From Lama guanicoe (taxonomy: Eukaryota), in NCBI GenBank assembly GCA_013239625.1, contig MU053934.1, forward strand, positions 12,123,413 to 12,187,412: 64,000 bases of DNA. Direction: 5' to 3'. The notes under the pieces were generated by a model. It had not been told where the DNA came from. It made no database searches and worked only from the letters and a program-made list of their open reading frames with translations. This document shows positions 12,594 to 24,989 of the stretch, piece by piece. Made by a program: the position numbers and the translations under genes. How positions within the stretch are numbered: position 1 is the first letter of the stretch; each line of letters begins with the position of its first letter.

Positions 12594-14190
12594 CTAGGCT
12601 GACAAAAGACACATCCTGGAACCTTGAGCCTCCGGGGCCTCGGGTCCCCAGGCCATCCTGCCACCCTGTTGCAGGAGCCAGAGCCTTTCCTCCTGGCCAG
12701 CGCCTCATCCCTGCTTCCCCCAGGTCCAGAACACATGTGGGCTGGGACTTGGGGGTCACTGCTGGGCTCTGGGCACCCAGCCTATGTGCTGGTGAGGCAG
12801 AGCGGATGGGGATGGAGCCCCAGTCCTGGCAGCTTCACCTGTGATCACAGCAACCCCTGTGACCTGGTGCAGGCAGCAGCAGGAGGGCGTGTTTGGGGGC
12901 CCAGGAAGTCCAGCCGCGAGTCTTCTTGCTGTCCCTGGCCTGGCCCTGCTCTGAGTCAGGTCACCAGAGCACCCTCTGCCTCCAGGTCAGCGAGATGCGT
13001 GAGTCAGAAGAGAACGTGCTGGTGCTGCGTGTCCAGACGCTGCCCCAGGCCAGGCCGGGAGGATGCAGGCCTCGGTCATTAGGCCTGAGGCCCAGAGCGA
13101 GCGCCACAATCTGCTTTACTAGAACAGGGAGACGGGGGACAGCTAGGGACCACCGCACCAAATGAGTCCATGGCACTGTGTCTGCCTGGAGCGAGGAGGC
13201 CCCACATGGCCTGAGAGACACCGCAGTGCACCCGTCCCCATGGCCGTCTCAGCACAGGCCCACACCAGGTGACACAGCTGGCGCTCTGTACCCATACCAT
13301 CTCAGTGCCGAGGGGCCACATGCAGGTGATCAGAAGCGGAGGGCAAACCAGCCACGTGACTTCACGGGGGAGCCAGGCCCATGGGGGTAGGAGCATTGTG
13401 GGGACCGGCCCTCTCCCCTGGGCTCCTGTCTTATATCTGAGGACTGGGGGCTACGGACCCTCCCAATGTCCACAAAGAACTGGCCCTCTCCACCCCTTGC
13501 AGGTTCCCTGTCCCTTGCAGACTGTGGTGACTGGGACACCCCAACCTGAAACCAAAGAGGCCGCAGGGCCACCCCCCCACCTCCAGTCTCCACAGCCTGC
13601 AGGGCCCGCTGAAGCCGGAGGGCCCAAAGCCCCCCTGCAGCAGGGCCTGAGGGATCTGACCCGTGCAGACACCCCCTTTGCCCCTTTGCTCAGTGCCAGG
13701 TTGGAAGGAGGTGCTTAGGTGCAAAGAACCTGGACCAGCACAGCCAGACTTTTGTTGAATAAATGAGCAAACAAGTGACCACTGGGGCGCAGGGGGGTGC
13801 CCTCCAGCAAGGAGGGGCTGCAGAGGGGGGTTCTTGGGGAGGAGGCCGCGCACGGGAAGCTGTCATTCCCACCTGCCCACGCAGGTGTCCTCCTCCTCCA
13901 GCGCAGGGTGTGGGGGTGCCGGTTGTGGGGTGAGGGGAGCCGTTCGGGACCTGGGTGGGTGTACGGATGTGGCCCATGGGTAGCGAGGGGCCCAGGATGC
14001 GGGCATGGGGCGCAGGCAGCGGGAGGGCGTTGGGGCAGAGCTCCGTAAGAAATACCATAGTGAAGATTGCACAATTTCGCTAAAATAACTGTATACAAGG
14101 TTCCTCATCCATGTGTAGGCTTTCAAAATACAAGCCACGCTCTGGAGACCGCGGGGCCTGGGCGCGAAGGTCTGGTCCTGGTCATCGGCG

Positions 14191-14354
14191 TCATGGGGTC
14201 CACAGGCCGCCGCCCCGCCCGCCGCCCAGGGGCACGAAGCAGGCGCCCTGCTGGATCGCGGCGCGGAAGGAGCTGCAGCGCTTGCAGGCACCGGCGGGCG
14301 GCAGCAAGCAGCGGCACACTAGGCACGGCGGCGCTCGGAGGGCCCCTGGTAGCC
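14191..14354 (-). CDS. TTLL8: TTLL8 terminal coding exon (G)LPGALRAPPCLVCRCLLPPAGACKRCSSFRAAIQQGACFVPLGGGRGGGLWTP*
   Basis: Long CT tract then ctcccag|GG. Phase 1 matches the donor at 32914. Resembles the recalled human TTLL8 C-terminus (RAPPCLVCRGLLPPAGPCKRC...RTP). TGA at 14191-14193. Confidence 0.85.
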
Positions 14355-14453
14355 CTGGGAGGGTCGCGGTGAGGGAGGGAGAGAGAGGGAGAGAGAGAGA
14401 GACAGCGCGCGGCGCTAAGACGGCGCCCACCTGCGGTGAAACCGAGTCCACCT

Positions 14454-14635
14454 CCCCAGGCCGCGCCTCCAGCCCAGACCACGCCCACCTGCCCAGGCCC
14501 CTCTCCCAGCCCCAGGCCGCGCCTCCTGCCCAGACCACGCCCACCTGCCCAGGCCCCTCTCCCAGCCCCAGGCCGCGCCTCCTGCCCAGACCACGCCCAC
14601 CTGCCCAGGCCCCTCTCCCAGCCCCAGGCCGCGCC
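14454..14635. repeat. 56-bp GC-rich minisatellite, about 3.2 copies
   Basis: ccgcgcc recurs at 14461, 14517, 14573 and 14629. Unit ccgcgcctcc(a/t)gcccagaccacgcccacctgcccaggcccctctcccagccccagg. Confidence 0.95.
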
Positions 14636-16739
14636 CACCGAACCCACACACAGGTCCCCAGACAAGGTCCATCGGTCCATGAAATCACGTCCACCACCCC
14701 AGACCAGGCCCACAGGTCCCACAAACCACGCCTGTTGCCCCAAGACCTCGTCTCTGGCCACATTCACCAGACCCTGAGATTGTGCTCCTATGGCGTGCTC
14801 ACCTCAGGCTCGCCCACCTCAAGGCTGCCCTCACCTCCTGCAAAACCAGCGGCTAGCTGGGCGGTCAGTCCCCGCTGGCTCCCAAGCCCACTTAATCCCG
14901 CACAGACCCCACCTGGCTGTCCCCAGTTCTCAGGAAAGCCCAGACCTTCACTCAAGGCCAAGGGGTGAGGCCCTGGGGCCATTGCGTCTCTGGGGTGAAG
15001 GCTGCAGGCATCAGGGAGGTACCCTCAGCCCTGCTCATTTTCCTCCATCCCCAGACCGGGGTGGTTCCAGGCAGGGGAGTAAGTCTGGGGCACTGGCCCG
15101 GGCCCTCCCACTGTGGGGAGGCAGGCAGAGGGGTTGCTAGAGGAAATGTGCAAAGTCACGATCTCTGGAGCCCACAGCCCCACAACTATCCCCGAGTCAA
15201 CCCCTGAAGCCAGCCTGGGTGTCCAGCCTCAGGAGCAGGACCCAGGAGCAGGGCCCAGCAGCACCCACCTAGCACCCCTGGACTGCCCCTCAGGCCCTGC
15301 TTAGGAGGCTGGGCAAAGGATGCCTGCAGCCCCACAGAGGGCCATGTGGGCACAGGAGGGACTTTGGGGACCCAGGTCCTCCGGTCCCCATCCCACGGGT
15401 GCCTGAATAGGGGACAATTTCTCCAGCTCTTCCTCTAGCCCTTAACCTGCCCTGCCCTCCTTGAGACAGCCATGCCTGGAAGGGCCCAGCTCCTGAGCTC
15501 AGCCCTGGAGCTCGGGCCTGGACCCCAACAGGCTGGGGCTGGGGCCAGAGCTGAGGACTGGGCAGCAGCACCATGCCCACTGCCAGCGCACTGACCCAGC
15601 GGCCAGAGCCCCAGGCAGGTCAGTGGCTGAAGTGAGACCGGAGTATCAGAGCTGGGGGTTCACCAAGAATGATGGATGAGCCCCCATACCCAGTGTGAAG
15701 CTGTTCTGCCCACCGGCCACCTGACACCTGGGGGAGCCATCCACCTTACGGGCAGGCTGGGCTCTGGGCTGGCCACTCAGGATGCCAGCCCGCGGGTCCA
15801 GGAGGTGGTGACCTCGTTGGGCGAGGGTCTTGTGGCTGATGGTCCCAGCAGTGGTTGTGACAGGCAGGAGCGCTATGCAGAAGCTGCTGCTTCCCGAGGA
15901 TTTTCACTCAGTCCCTCAACACCGCAGGATGAGTAAGGCCAGCAGGCGGGGGGATCACATGCCCCTCCAAGAGGCCTCCCACAGGCCTCTGTCCTCATCC
16001 TCAGGGCCTCTAGCCTCTGCCCTTGCTCTGCAGTGCCTCCCCACCAGGTCTCTGGCCTTCCTCAGGGGTTGCAGTGGGCCTGTGCAAGCTCCCTGCCCAC
16101 CCCTGCCATGCTGGGGCCCATGAGTCAGGCCTCAGAAGGCTGGCTGCCCGCCTGCTGCAGCTTGTGCTGGGGGCGGGCTGGGAGGATGGGGTCTCTCAGG
16201 CTTTCCCCACCTTGGAGCCAGGGCGGCGCCCAGCCAGAAGCGGCCTGCCCAGAGTGCCATGGGCTGAGACACGAGGCCTCAGAGCCGCCCACTGCCAGTG
16301 ACCCATGCTAAGTCACTCCTCCCCGGGGCCCAGGCGGGTCTGGCGGGGTGGGCTGGAGCAGGGCCACCCAGCCCCTGTGCAGAGCAGCCCCAGAGCTCCC
16401 TGAGCCTCCAGCAGATGCTGAGGCACAGCCCAGGAATGGGGCCTTCCCAAGGGGCTGGGGCCAGCCTATCCCACAGGACATGCCAGGGCCTGCGCGACAC
16501 CGAGGCTGTAGCAGGCAGGTGGTCCGGGCACAGGGCGGGGCGACAGAGGCTTTGAGGCGGGCAGGCAGAGAGGCGGGGGGCTGCTCTACTGGCAAAGCTT
16601 TGCCCATCAGTGCACCCCAGGGCTAAACAGGGCCCAGCCTAGGGCCAGAATGGATGGAGACTGGGCCAGCTCCAAGCCGAGGAGGACAGGGCCAGGCTCT
16701 GGTGGTGAGGGGCAGCTGACTGTGATGAAGGAAGCCGTC

Positions 16740-19700
16740 CCATTTAGGGCTGGGGCCAAGGGGCTGAGAAGCCAGACAGCCGGGTGTTGTGCACCCTGGG
16801 GTAAAAGAGAAGGTGGGGGGCGCTTAAGGCTCATGGGGAGTGCAGCTCCAAAGTGGACGGGGTATCCACTCAGGGACTGGTACTCTGGGATCCAGACCAA
16901 CCCTTCTGGGAAAAAACACCAAACCTGGAGCACAAAACATGAAAAGAATCTTAAAAGCAACAAAAAAACTGGCAAAGTAGCAAGGAATGATCAGGTGGGT
17001 ATGGGGCTCAGAGAGGGAGGAAGCCCCTCCTTCTGGGGCTTTGCCCACCAGGCCCCCACTGGGCTCGAGGTTCCAAGGCTTTGGGGGTGTGGGGCACAGA
17101 AGACACCCCCAAGAGGGGTGAGAGACACTCCACCCCTCAATAGAGCAGCACCCCTGAAGAGTGACAACCTGGCACAAGGGTGAGCCCAAAATACAGCCCC
17201 CCCCGGGACCGCCAGGAGTGTCTGTAGTGCTTAGCAACACGGGAGGAAACCCCAGAGAAACTGGAGCCCCAGGCTGACCCTGGAACAGACCTGGGTGACA
17301 AACCCTTACCCCTGGGCTCGGGTGGGGCAGGGAGGGCATGGAGCACCCAGCTCTGAATGTGAGAGGTTGCGGGCAGCCTTCCCCGGGAGAGGAGGGCCTG
17401 GCGGGGCAAAAGCCAGTTGGGGAAAGACTCACCTACATTCTGGAAGGAAGGCAATAAGTCCCTGTGATTAATTTTTCAAAGAAAATAGCTGTTTATAATA
17501 AAGTGTGAGAGTGCCCACAGAAACAGTAGCACAAACGCGACCAAAGGCGTCAACTATTAGAGTCTCAGACACAGTACAAACCGACTCCACGGCATCATGC
17601 AACTTAGAAATTACAGGCAAAGGGAAGACACTGTCAAGAGTAACCAAGTTTCCTAAAAAGGAGAGCTTCTAAAAATGAAGCTCTAATAAGTAAATTTAAA
17701 ATTTCAATGGATGGGATTGAGCACTGGGCTAGACACCGACAGGAACAGGACGAGCTGGTCCCCACCGGACAGAGAAGGCGGCACGTGTAGACTGCAGCGC
17801 AGGGAGCCAACACATCAGAGAGTGGACGGAGGTAAGAGGTAGGGCTAGAGAAGGTTTCAGCCAGCATCCCACCTGAGCTCCCCAGGGAAGGAGACAGAGA
17901 GTGGGGCGGAGGCAATATTTAAAGAAGTAACAGCTGGAAGTTTCTCATAATTGATTAATGATGTGAGTGTACAGGTTAGAGATGTCCAAAGACTCCCAGT
18001 TGAATAGATAAAAATAAAACCACACCCAGACCCATCACACACACACATACACACGCATACAAACACACATACACACACACGCACACACACACATACACTA
18101 AACACACAAACACACATACACATACACACACACATACACGCATACACACACGCATACACACATACACATACGCGCACACATACACACACACGCACACACA
18201 CACATACACTCAACACACAAACACACATACACACACACACATACACTAAACACACAAACACATACACATACACATACACACACATACACGCATACACACA
18301 CGCATACACACATACACATACGCGCACACATACACACACACGCACACACACACATACACTCAACACACAAACACACATACACACACACACATACACTAAA
18401 CACACAAACACATACACATACACATACACACACATACACACACACATACACACGCATACAAACACACATACACACACACACATACACTAAACACACAAAC
18501 ACATACACATACACATACACACACATACACGCATACACACACACGCATACACACATACACATACGCGCACACATACACACATACACATGCACACATACAC
18601 ACACACAAACACATACACGCATACACACACACACAAACACATACACGCACACACACATACACACACATACACACATACACACACATACACATACACACAC
18701 ATACACACACATACACATACACACACATACACACACATACACATACACACACATACACACACATACACATACACACACATACACACACATACACATACAC
18801 ACACATACACACACATACACATACACACACATACACACACATACACATACACACACATACACACACATACACATACACACACATACACACACATACACAT
18901 ACACACACATACACACACATACACATACACACACATACACACACATACACATACACACACATACACACACATACACATACACACACATACACACACATAC
19001 ACATACACACACATACACACACATACACATACACACACATACACACACATACACATACACACACATACACACACATACACATACACACACATACACACAC
19101 ATACACATACACACACATACACACACATACACATACACACACATACACACACATACACATACACACACATACACACACATACACATACACACACATACAC
19201 ACACATACACATACACACACATACACACACATACACATACACACACATACACACACATACACATACACACACATACACACACATACACATACACACACAT
19301 ACACACACATACACATACACACACATACACACACATACACATACACACACATACACACACATACACATACACACACATACACACACATACACATACACAC
19401 ACATACACACACATACACATACACACACATACACACACATACACATACACACACATACACACACATACACATACACACACATACACACACATACACATAC
19501 ACACACATACACACACATACACATACACACACATACACACACATACACATACACACACATACACACACATACACATACACACACATACACACACATACAC
19601 ATACACACACATACACACACATACACATACACACACATACACACACATACACATACACACACATACACACACATACACATACACACACATACACACACAT

Positions 19701-20720
19701 ACACATACACACACATACACACACATACACATACACACACATACACACACATACACATACACACACATACACACACATACACATACACACACATACACAC
19801 ACATACACATACACACACATACACACACATACACATACACACACATACACACACATACACATACACACACATACACACACACATACACACACATACACGC
19901 ATACACACACACGCATACACACATACACATACGCGCACACATACACACATGCACATGCACACATACACACACGCATACACGCATACACACACACAAACAC
20001 ATACACGCATACACACACACACAAACACATACACGCACAAACACATACACACACATACACACATACACACACATACACATACACACACATACACACACAC
20101 ATACACACACACACACACACACATACAAATAGTCCTAAATGAAGCAGGCAGTTAACACAGACAGCTCACTCTGGGAAAGCCACAGGCTAGGCTGTATTCT
20201 CGCAGAGCAGCGGGGAAAGCCAAGACGGTGGAGCGCTGCCTCCAACGTGCTGCGAGAAAGTCGCTGGCAACCTGGCCTCCTTGTACAGACAGTCTGTCTC
20301 TTTCAAGAGTAAGCATGCGAAAAATTTTTAAAAAAGGAGAGATTCCAGATTGAAAGTTCGGGTCTTGTGGAGGGTGAAGTGGCAGTGACACTAAGGCGGG
20401 TGGAGGCAGGAACAAAACAACAGAATTAACTGCAGGACAACAAGAGAGAGCAGTCAGGAGTGCGGCCTCAAGTTCTCCAAGCCTGAAGGCCAGTGCACTG
20501 TCCGGGTGGGAGTAAAAGTGTGGTCTTCTCAACGTTAGACTCTGATAACCTCACCATGTAACTAGTATTTCCTGGGCAGCCACTGAAAGACCAGAAACAG
20601 AGTGTGTAACCTCCAAACTAGAAGACGGAATCACTGAAACGAGAAAAAAATAACGAACACAGCGAAAGAACAAAGAGAAAAAGGAACATGAAATGGAGGA
20701 GAATAAACAGAAATCAAACG
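16740..20720 (+). mobile_element. Old L1 5' region/ORF1 remnant, split by the CA-rich array
   Basis: ORF1-type phrases (gaggcaatatttaaagaagtaacagctggaagttttctc, aaataaaccacacccagac) before the array and L1-like A-rich sequence after it. Confidence 0.6.
18037..20127. repeat. 2.1-kb compound CA/TA repeat with a homogeneous 26-bp core (acacacatac acacacatac acatac)n
   Basis: Directly visible. The 60-base lines starting at 18721 and 19501 are identical (780 = 30 x 26). About 45 near-perfect units over roughly 18690-19870. Confidence 0.98.
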
Positions 20721-20769
20721 CAATCAGACGCCAACCTGGTTGCCAGGCTCCAGGACGGCCCCCAGCGAC

Positions 20770-21170
20770 CCTGTCTCTGGCATCCGTGCCCTTGGGCAGG
20801 CCCCTCCGATGCTGTGTCAGGATTGGTGTGTGACCAGCAGAATGAGCGGCGGGTGACTTCTCAGGCCGGCCTACAGAAGCCATGAGACTCCAGTCTGTCG
20901 AATCCCTGCTCTGGAGGAAGCTCCGTCATGCTGTGAGGTCACTCAGGCAGCCCTTTGGAGAGGCCCACGTGGCCAGGGAGCGAGGCCTCCAGCCACAGCC
21001 GTCAGCCGTGTGAGCCAGCCGTCGCGGAAGTGGCTGCCCCGCCCCGGTCAGGCCTTCAGATGACGCAGCTTGGCCGAGGCCTGGAGCCAGTACCACAAGG
21101 TGAATCCTGAGCCTCTGCAATGTGTGGGATGATTCGTGTGTGTTGTTCGGGGGTGATCTGGTGTGCAGAA
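20770..21170 (+). mobile_element. MLT1-type (MaLR) LTR, MLT1F-like
   Basis: tgtgtgaccagcagaat...ggagaggcccacgtggccagggagcgaggcctcc...gccttcagatgac resembles the recalled MLT1F consensus. Confidence 0.7.
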
Positions 21171-21199
21171 TCCTCGTACAGGTGTACATATATGATCAC

Positions 21200-24100
21200 A
21201 TGACCACTAGGTGCACTGGTTAGAAGACTGTGGTCAGTCTGAATTTAGAAGGTCAAATTTTATGCAGATAAACATCTGAGATGTGAGACTAGAGAATGGT
21301 CCAGAGGAAAAAACATACCAGATAAATTCTAAGCAAAATAAAATTAATAACAGAGTCTGAAGAAATATGAAGCCAAAGTGGACAGGATCTTAAGAAACTG
21401 AAGCATCCCCGAAGATTCTTATCATACTTGGCTTAGTAACTGATGGAAGCAGCAGACAGGAAGTGTCAGTAAGAATGTGAGAGGTTTGAACAACACAGCA
21501 AACAAACCTGACCCCACTTCTGATAACCAACAACTGCAGAGCACACATTTTCAAGCACCAAGGAGCCCTGACTGCATAAAGCACCCACAACAAACGTCTG
21601 TGTGTCGAAGTGACACAGACGATGGTGTCCGATCAAAATACAGTTACACCAACAAGAAAATACAGCCTAACTCTAAAACCTGACACTAACGCACTTACAG
21701 GAAACCAATGTCTACGTAACTTAGAGATCAGAGAAATAATTGTAATGAAAGTTAGAAGACACTGACTTGAATAATACTGAAAATACTACATTAAAAATTT
21801 CATACGCAGCTGAAGCAGAAAACAAAGGAAAATTGCCATTCTTAAATACATTTAATGTATTAAAAAGAAGAAATGCTGAAAACTACGAACCAACCATCGA
21901 GTTCAGGAAGTTAGAAAAAGAACAAACCCAAAGAATAAAAATCAAGCAAAAGTAAGCGAATGGAAAGTCCAGCCAAACTGGAGGCTGGTTCTCGAGAAGC
22001 CGGATAAAGGGGTGCGCCCCGGTGACGCTGATGGGGGCGCAGTGTTAGACGCGAAAGTGAGGCATCACTGCTCGCCCCCAGAGATTACAGACAGCAAAGG
22101 AAGACAAGGTCCGTTTCCCACTCACGCATCGGCCAAGCCACTGACGTGAACAGGGTGAGGCGACCATCTCCACAGAGTCAGGAAAAACACCCAGTAAGTT
22201 GTGTCATTCTTGATTGAAAAAAGAAAGAGAGAAAAGGCAGGAAGGAAGGAAGAGAGGGAAGACGGAGGGAAGGAGGCAACTCTCAGTGAACAGGCCGCGG
22301 CGGGAGCAGCCGCCCTCTGACGGTGTGCGTCTGTGAAGCCTTCCAGCTGGCCTGGTGGACGGGCTCCCGCCCCGCTCAGCCCTGGCGCGTCCAGCCAGGG
22401 CATCCACAACCTGCCAGGACCAGGGGGTGTGTTCACAACACTGCGGGCTGCAGGGTCAGCAGACAAACGCCGATGAGATGCTCAACATGTAAGCACGGAT
22501 AACTGGGAAATAAAATTTAAAACACTATTTATGTCACTGACATGCAGAATCTTTAAATAAAAAAAAGTCAAACTCATAGAAACGGAGTAGAAAAGTGGCT
22601 GCCAGGGTCTGGGGGCGGGGGAAACAGGGAGAGGTCAGGGAAAAGGAGGAAACACTCAGCCACGAGCGACGAAGGCCTGAGAACCGGCTGTCAGACATAG
22701 CGACCAGGCCGCAGGCAGGGCATCACTGAAACTTGCTAAGAGTGGATCTTAAACGTTCTCACCAAGAAAAAAATTTATTAAAGTATCAAAATGTACTAAT
22801 AAAGACACATTTATAGAAGTGTCAAATATATCAAATGCATAGGAATAAATATCAAATTTTAAATGGAAAAACCTCCATGCTAAAAATATTGCTTAGGAAA
22901 ACTAAAGAATGCGTGAATTAGTGTTGAGACGCATCACGACATGGACTGGAGGTCTCGGTGCTGTAACGAAGCCACTTCTTCCTAAAATGATCGACAGAGT
23001 AGACGTGGTTCCAATCGCAACACACCAGGCTGTTTCTGTAGAAGTCTACAGACTGATTCTAAAAGTTACACGGAAGCTCGAAACACAGAACAGCCCCGGA
23101 GGCCTCGGGAAGGAAGCTGCTGGGGAACTTAACTACTGCTTTTCAAAACTTACCTCGAAGCTGCAGTAATTAAGAATGAACGGTGGTCTTGGCATGAGGA
23201 TACGCCAGTAACTGATGGCACAGAACCGAGAACCCAGAATTCATTCCAGAGAGTGTTTTTGACAAAGACGCCAAAGCAATTCCACGGGAGAAAGCAAAGT
23301 CTTCAACGCCGGTGCTGGGTCAGCTGGCACTTGACACCTGCTCAAAAACTAACTCAGGATAGATCAGAGACCCAGATGGGAAAGTCAACACCATGCAGCT
23401 TCTAGGAGACCTAGGAGACTGTCTTTATGGCTGCGGGGGAAGCAGGGTTTCCTTAGGCAGGGTGCCCAAAGCACTAGCCACAAAAGGAAAGCTGATGAAT
23501 CGCACTTCATGAAACATTTCTACTCTTCAAAAGGCCTCACTAAGAAAGTGAAAACAGAAACCACAGACTGGGAGGAAATATTACCAATACACATATATGA
23601 GAAATGAATATACAGAATATATAAAAACCACAGCAAATAAATAACGAAAGACAAAGGACCTAATTTAAAAATGGGTAGAAGGCTTCAACAGGCACTCACA
23701 GGGAAGGACAAGAGCGGCCAGTGAACAGAAAGCACAGTGCTCAGTGTGACTGGGCGCCAGGGGACAAAGCACAACCGCGACGAGAGATCAGCACACCCAC
23801 CCCCACCAGCCTGGCTGAAAGCAGGACGTGACGATTCCGAGTGCTGGCGAGGACCTGGGGCCACCCCCAGCTCTCACGCTGCTGGGGGGACCGACACGTC
23901 GCAACCACTCAGGGAGACGGCTTGGCAGCTTCTTCTAAAGCAAGGTCTGAGTGTCCCCCATGGCCTGTGGCGCCACCCCGGGTACAGAACCAGGAGAAAG
24001 GATGCACGCGTCCAGTGGAGGCTTGCGCCGGGGTGGCAGGGCACCTGCATTTGGGACAGTCCTGAAGGGGAGGTAACCTGCCTTCCATTCACAGCTCAAG

Positions 24101-24430
24101 CACACGCACTGGGGCACACTCACACAACCAGATGCTGCTCGGCAGGGAAAATGGTGCAGGATGGATGCACTCAGCGTGGCGAAGGAGGACGGACACAGAG
24201 GAGCCTGGCCGTGTGCATCCACGAGTGACACCGCAGCCTGTGTGGACTTAACTCAGACAGCGGCCACCCCAAGGGCAGGAGGTAAAGGGGATGGGGCACA
24301 GGGACTTTCCGAAGTGAGCAGTGTCACCTGTCTTGATCGGGGTGGCGATCGGACATGCAAACACGTCACCCTGTGTCTACGTAAGACCCAAACTTACCGT
24401 TCGGAAGTTGTGCCTTAAGAATAACCACTG
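21200..24430 (+). mobile_element. Old L1 ORF2 and 3' UTR fragments (nested pieces)
   Basis: L1 phrases: aagttagaaaaagaacaaacc, aaactcatagaaacggagtagaa, tttgacaaagacgccaaagcaattc, ccacagactgggaggaaatatt. Confidence 0.75.
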
Positions 24431-24474
24431 TGTAAAGAGAAATAGTATTTACTGTGACATAAAAAGCCATCAAA

Positions 24475-24685
24475 TAACAAACTATTATATACAGAATAAA
24501 CAACAAGGTCCTACTGTGCAGCACAGGGAACTACACTGAATACCTTGCAATAGCCTGTGATGAAAAAGAATATGAAAAGAAGTGTATGAATGCATAACTG
24601 AATTGCTCTGCTGTACATCTGAAACTAACACCACATTGTAAACTGACTATAGTTCAATCAAAAAAAAAAAAAAACCAAAAAACCA
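24475..24685 (+). mobile_element. Younger 5'-truncated L1 3' end with polyA tail (artiodactyl-type)
   Basis: aaacaacaaggtcctactgtgcagcacagggaactac...gaaactaacaccacattgtaaactgactatagttcaat followed by an A-run. Confidence 0.8.
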
Positions 24686-24989
24686 AATAGCCAGGGGAAA
24701 AAAAGTCTACTAAAAGATATGCCAGACCTCTACCCTGAAAAACCACGAAACACGACTGAGAGAAAATCAAAGATGCCCGGATTGAATGGAGTTGATGTGA
24801 TGGCGGCTTGAAAGACTCAAAGTAGGAAGCTGTGAGGTCTCCTCTCTGCAGTTCAAGGTGACCCCAGTCAAAACCCCGGCAGTTTGTCTCCCCTCCCTCC
24901 CTCCCTCCCTCTCTCCCTCTCCTTTTTCCCTTCTCTCGAGGTTGACAGGCTGACCTTGGCATCTATATGGAAACGCAAGGGGCAGAGAG

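Larger units (their letters stand above)
14145..14640. promoter_or_regulatory. CpG island over the TTLL8 terminal exon, about 2 kb upstream of the IL17REL ATG
   Basis: Dense CpG (gcggcgcgg, ccgccgccccgcccgccgccc) with GC boxes, judged by eye. Confidence 0.7.

Noticed and set aside
13758..13763. AATAAA as the TTLL8 polyA signal
   Set aside because: It is on the + strand, the wrong orientation for TTLL8.
14355..14432. Alternative upstream acceptor ttcaccgcag|GTG for the TTLL8 last exon
   Set aside because: It is phase 0 in the exon frame, whereas the preceding donor is phase 1. The site at 14354 has the long pyrimidine tract and the correct phase.
14454..14635. Regularly spaced repeats as a CRISPR array
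   Set aside because: Head-to-tail units with no unique spacers, no cas genes and a mammalian context.
18098..20155. 522-676 aa ORFs rich in C/V/M/Y or H/T/Y
   Set aside because: They are translations of the stop-free CA/TA repeat, with no coding evidence.
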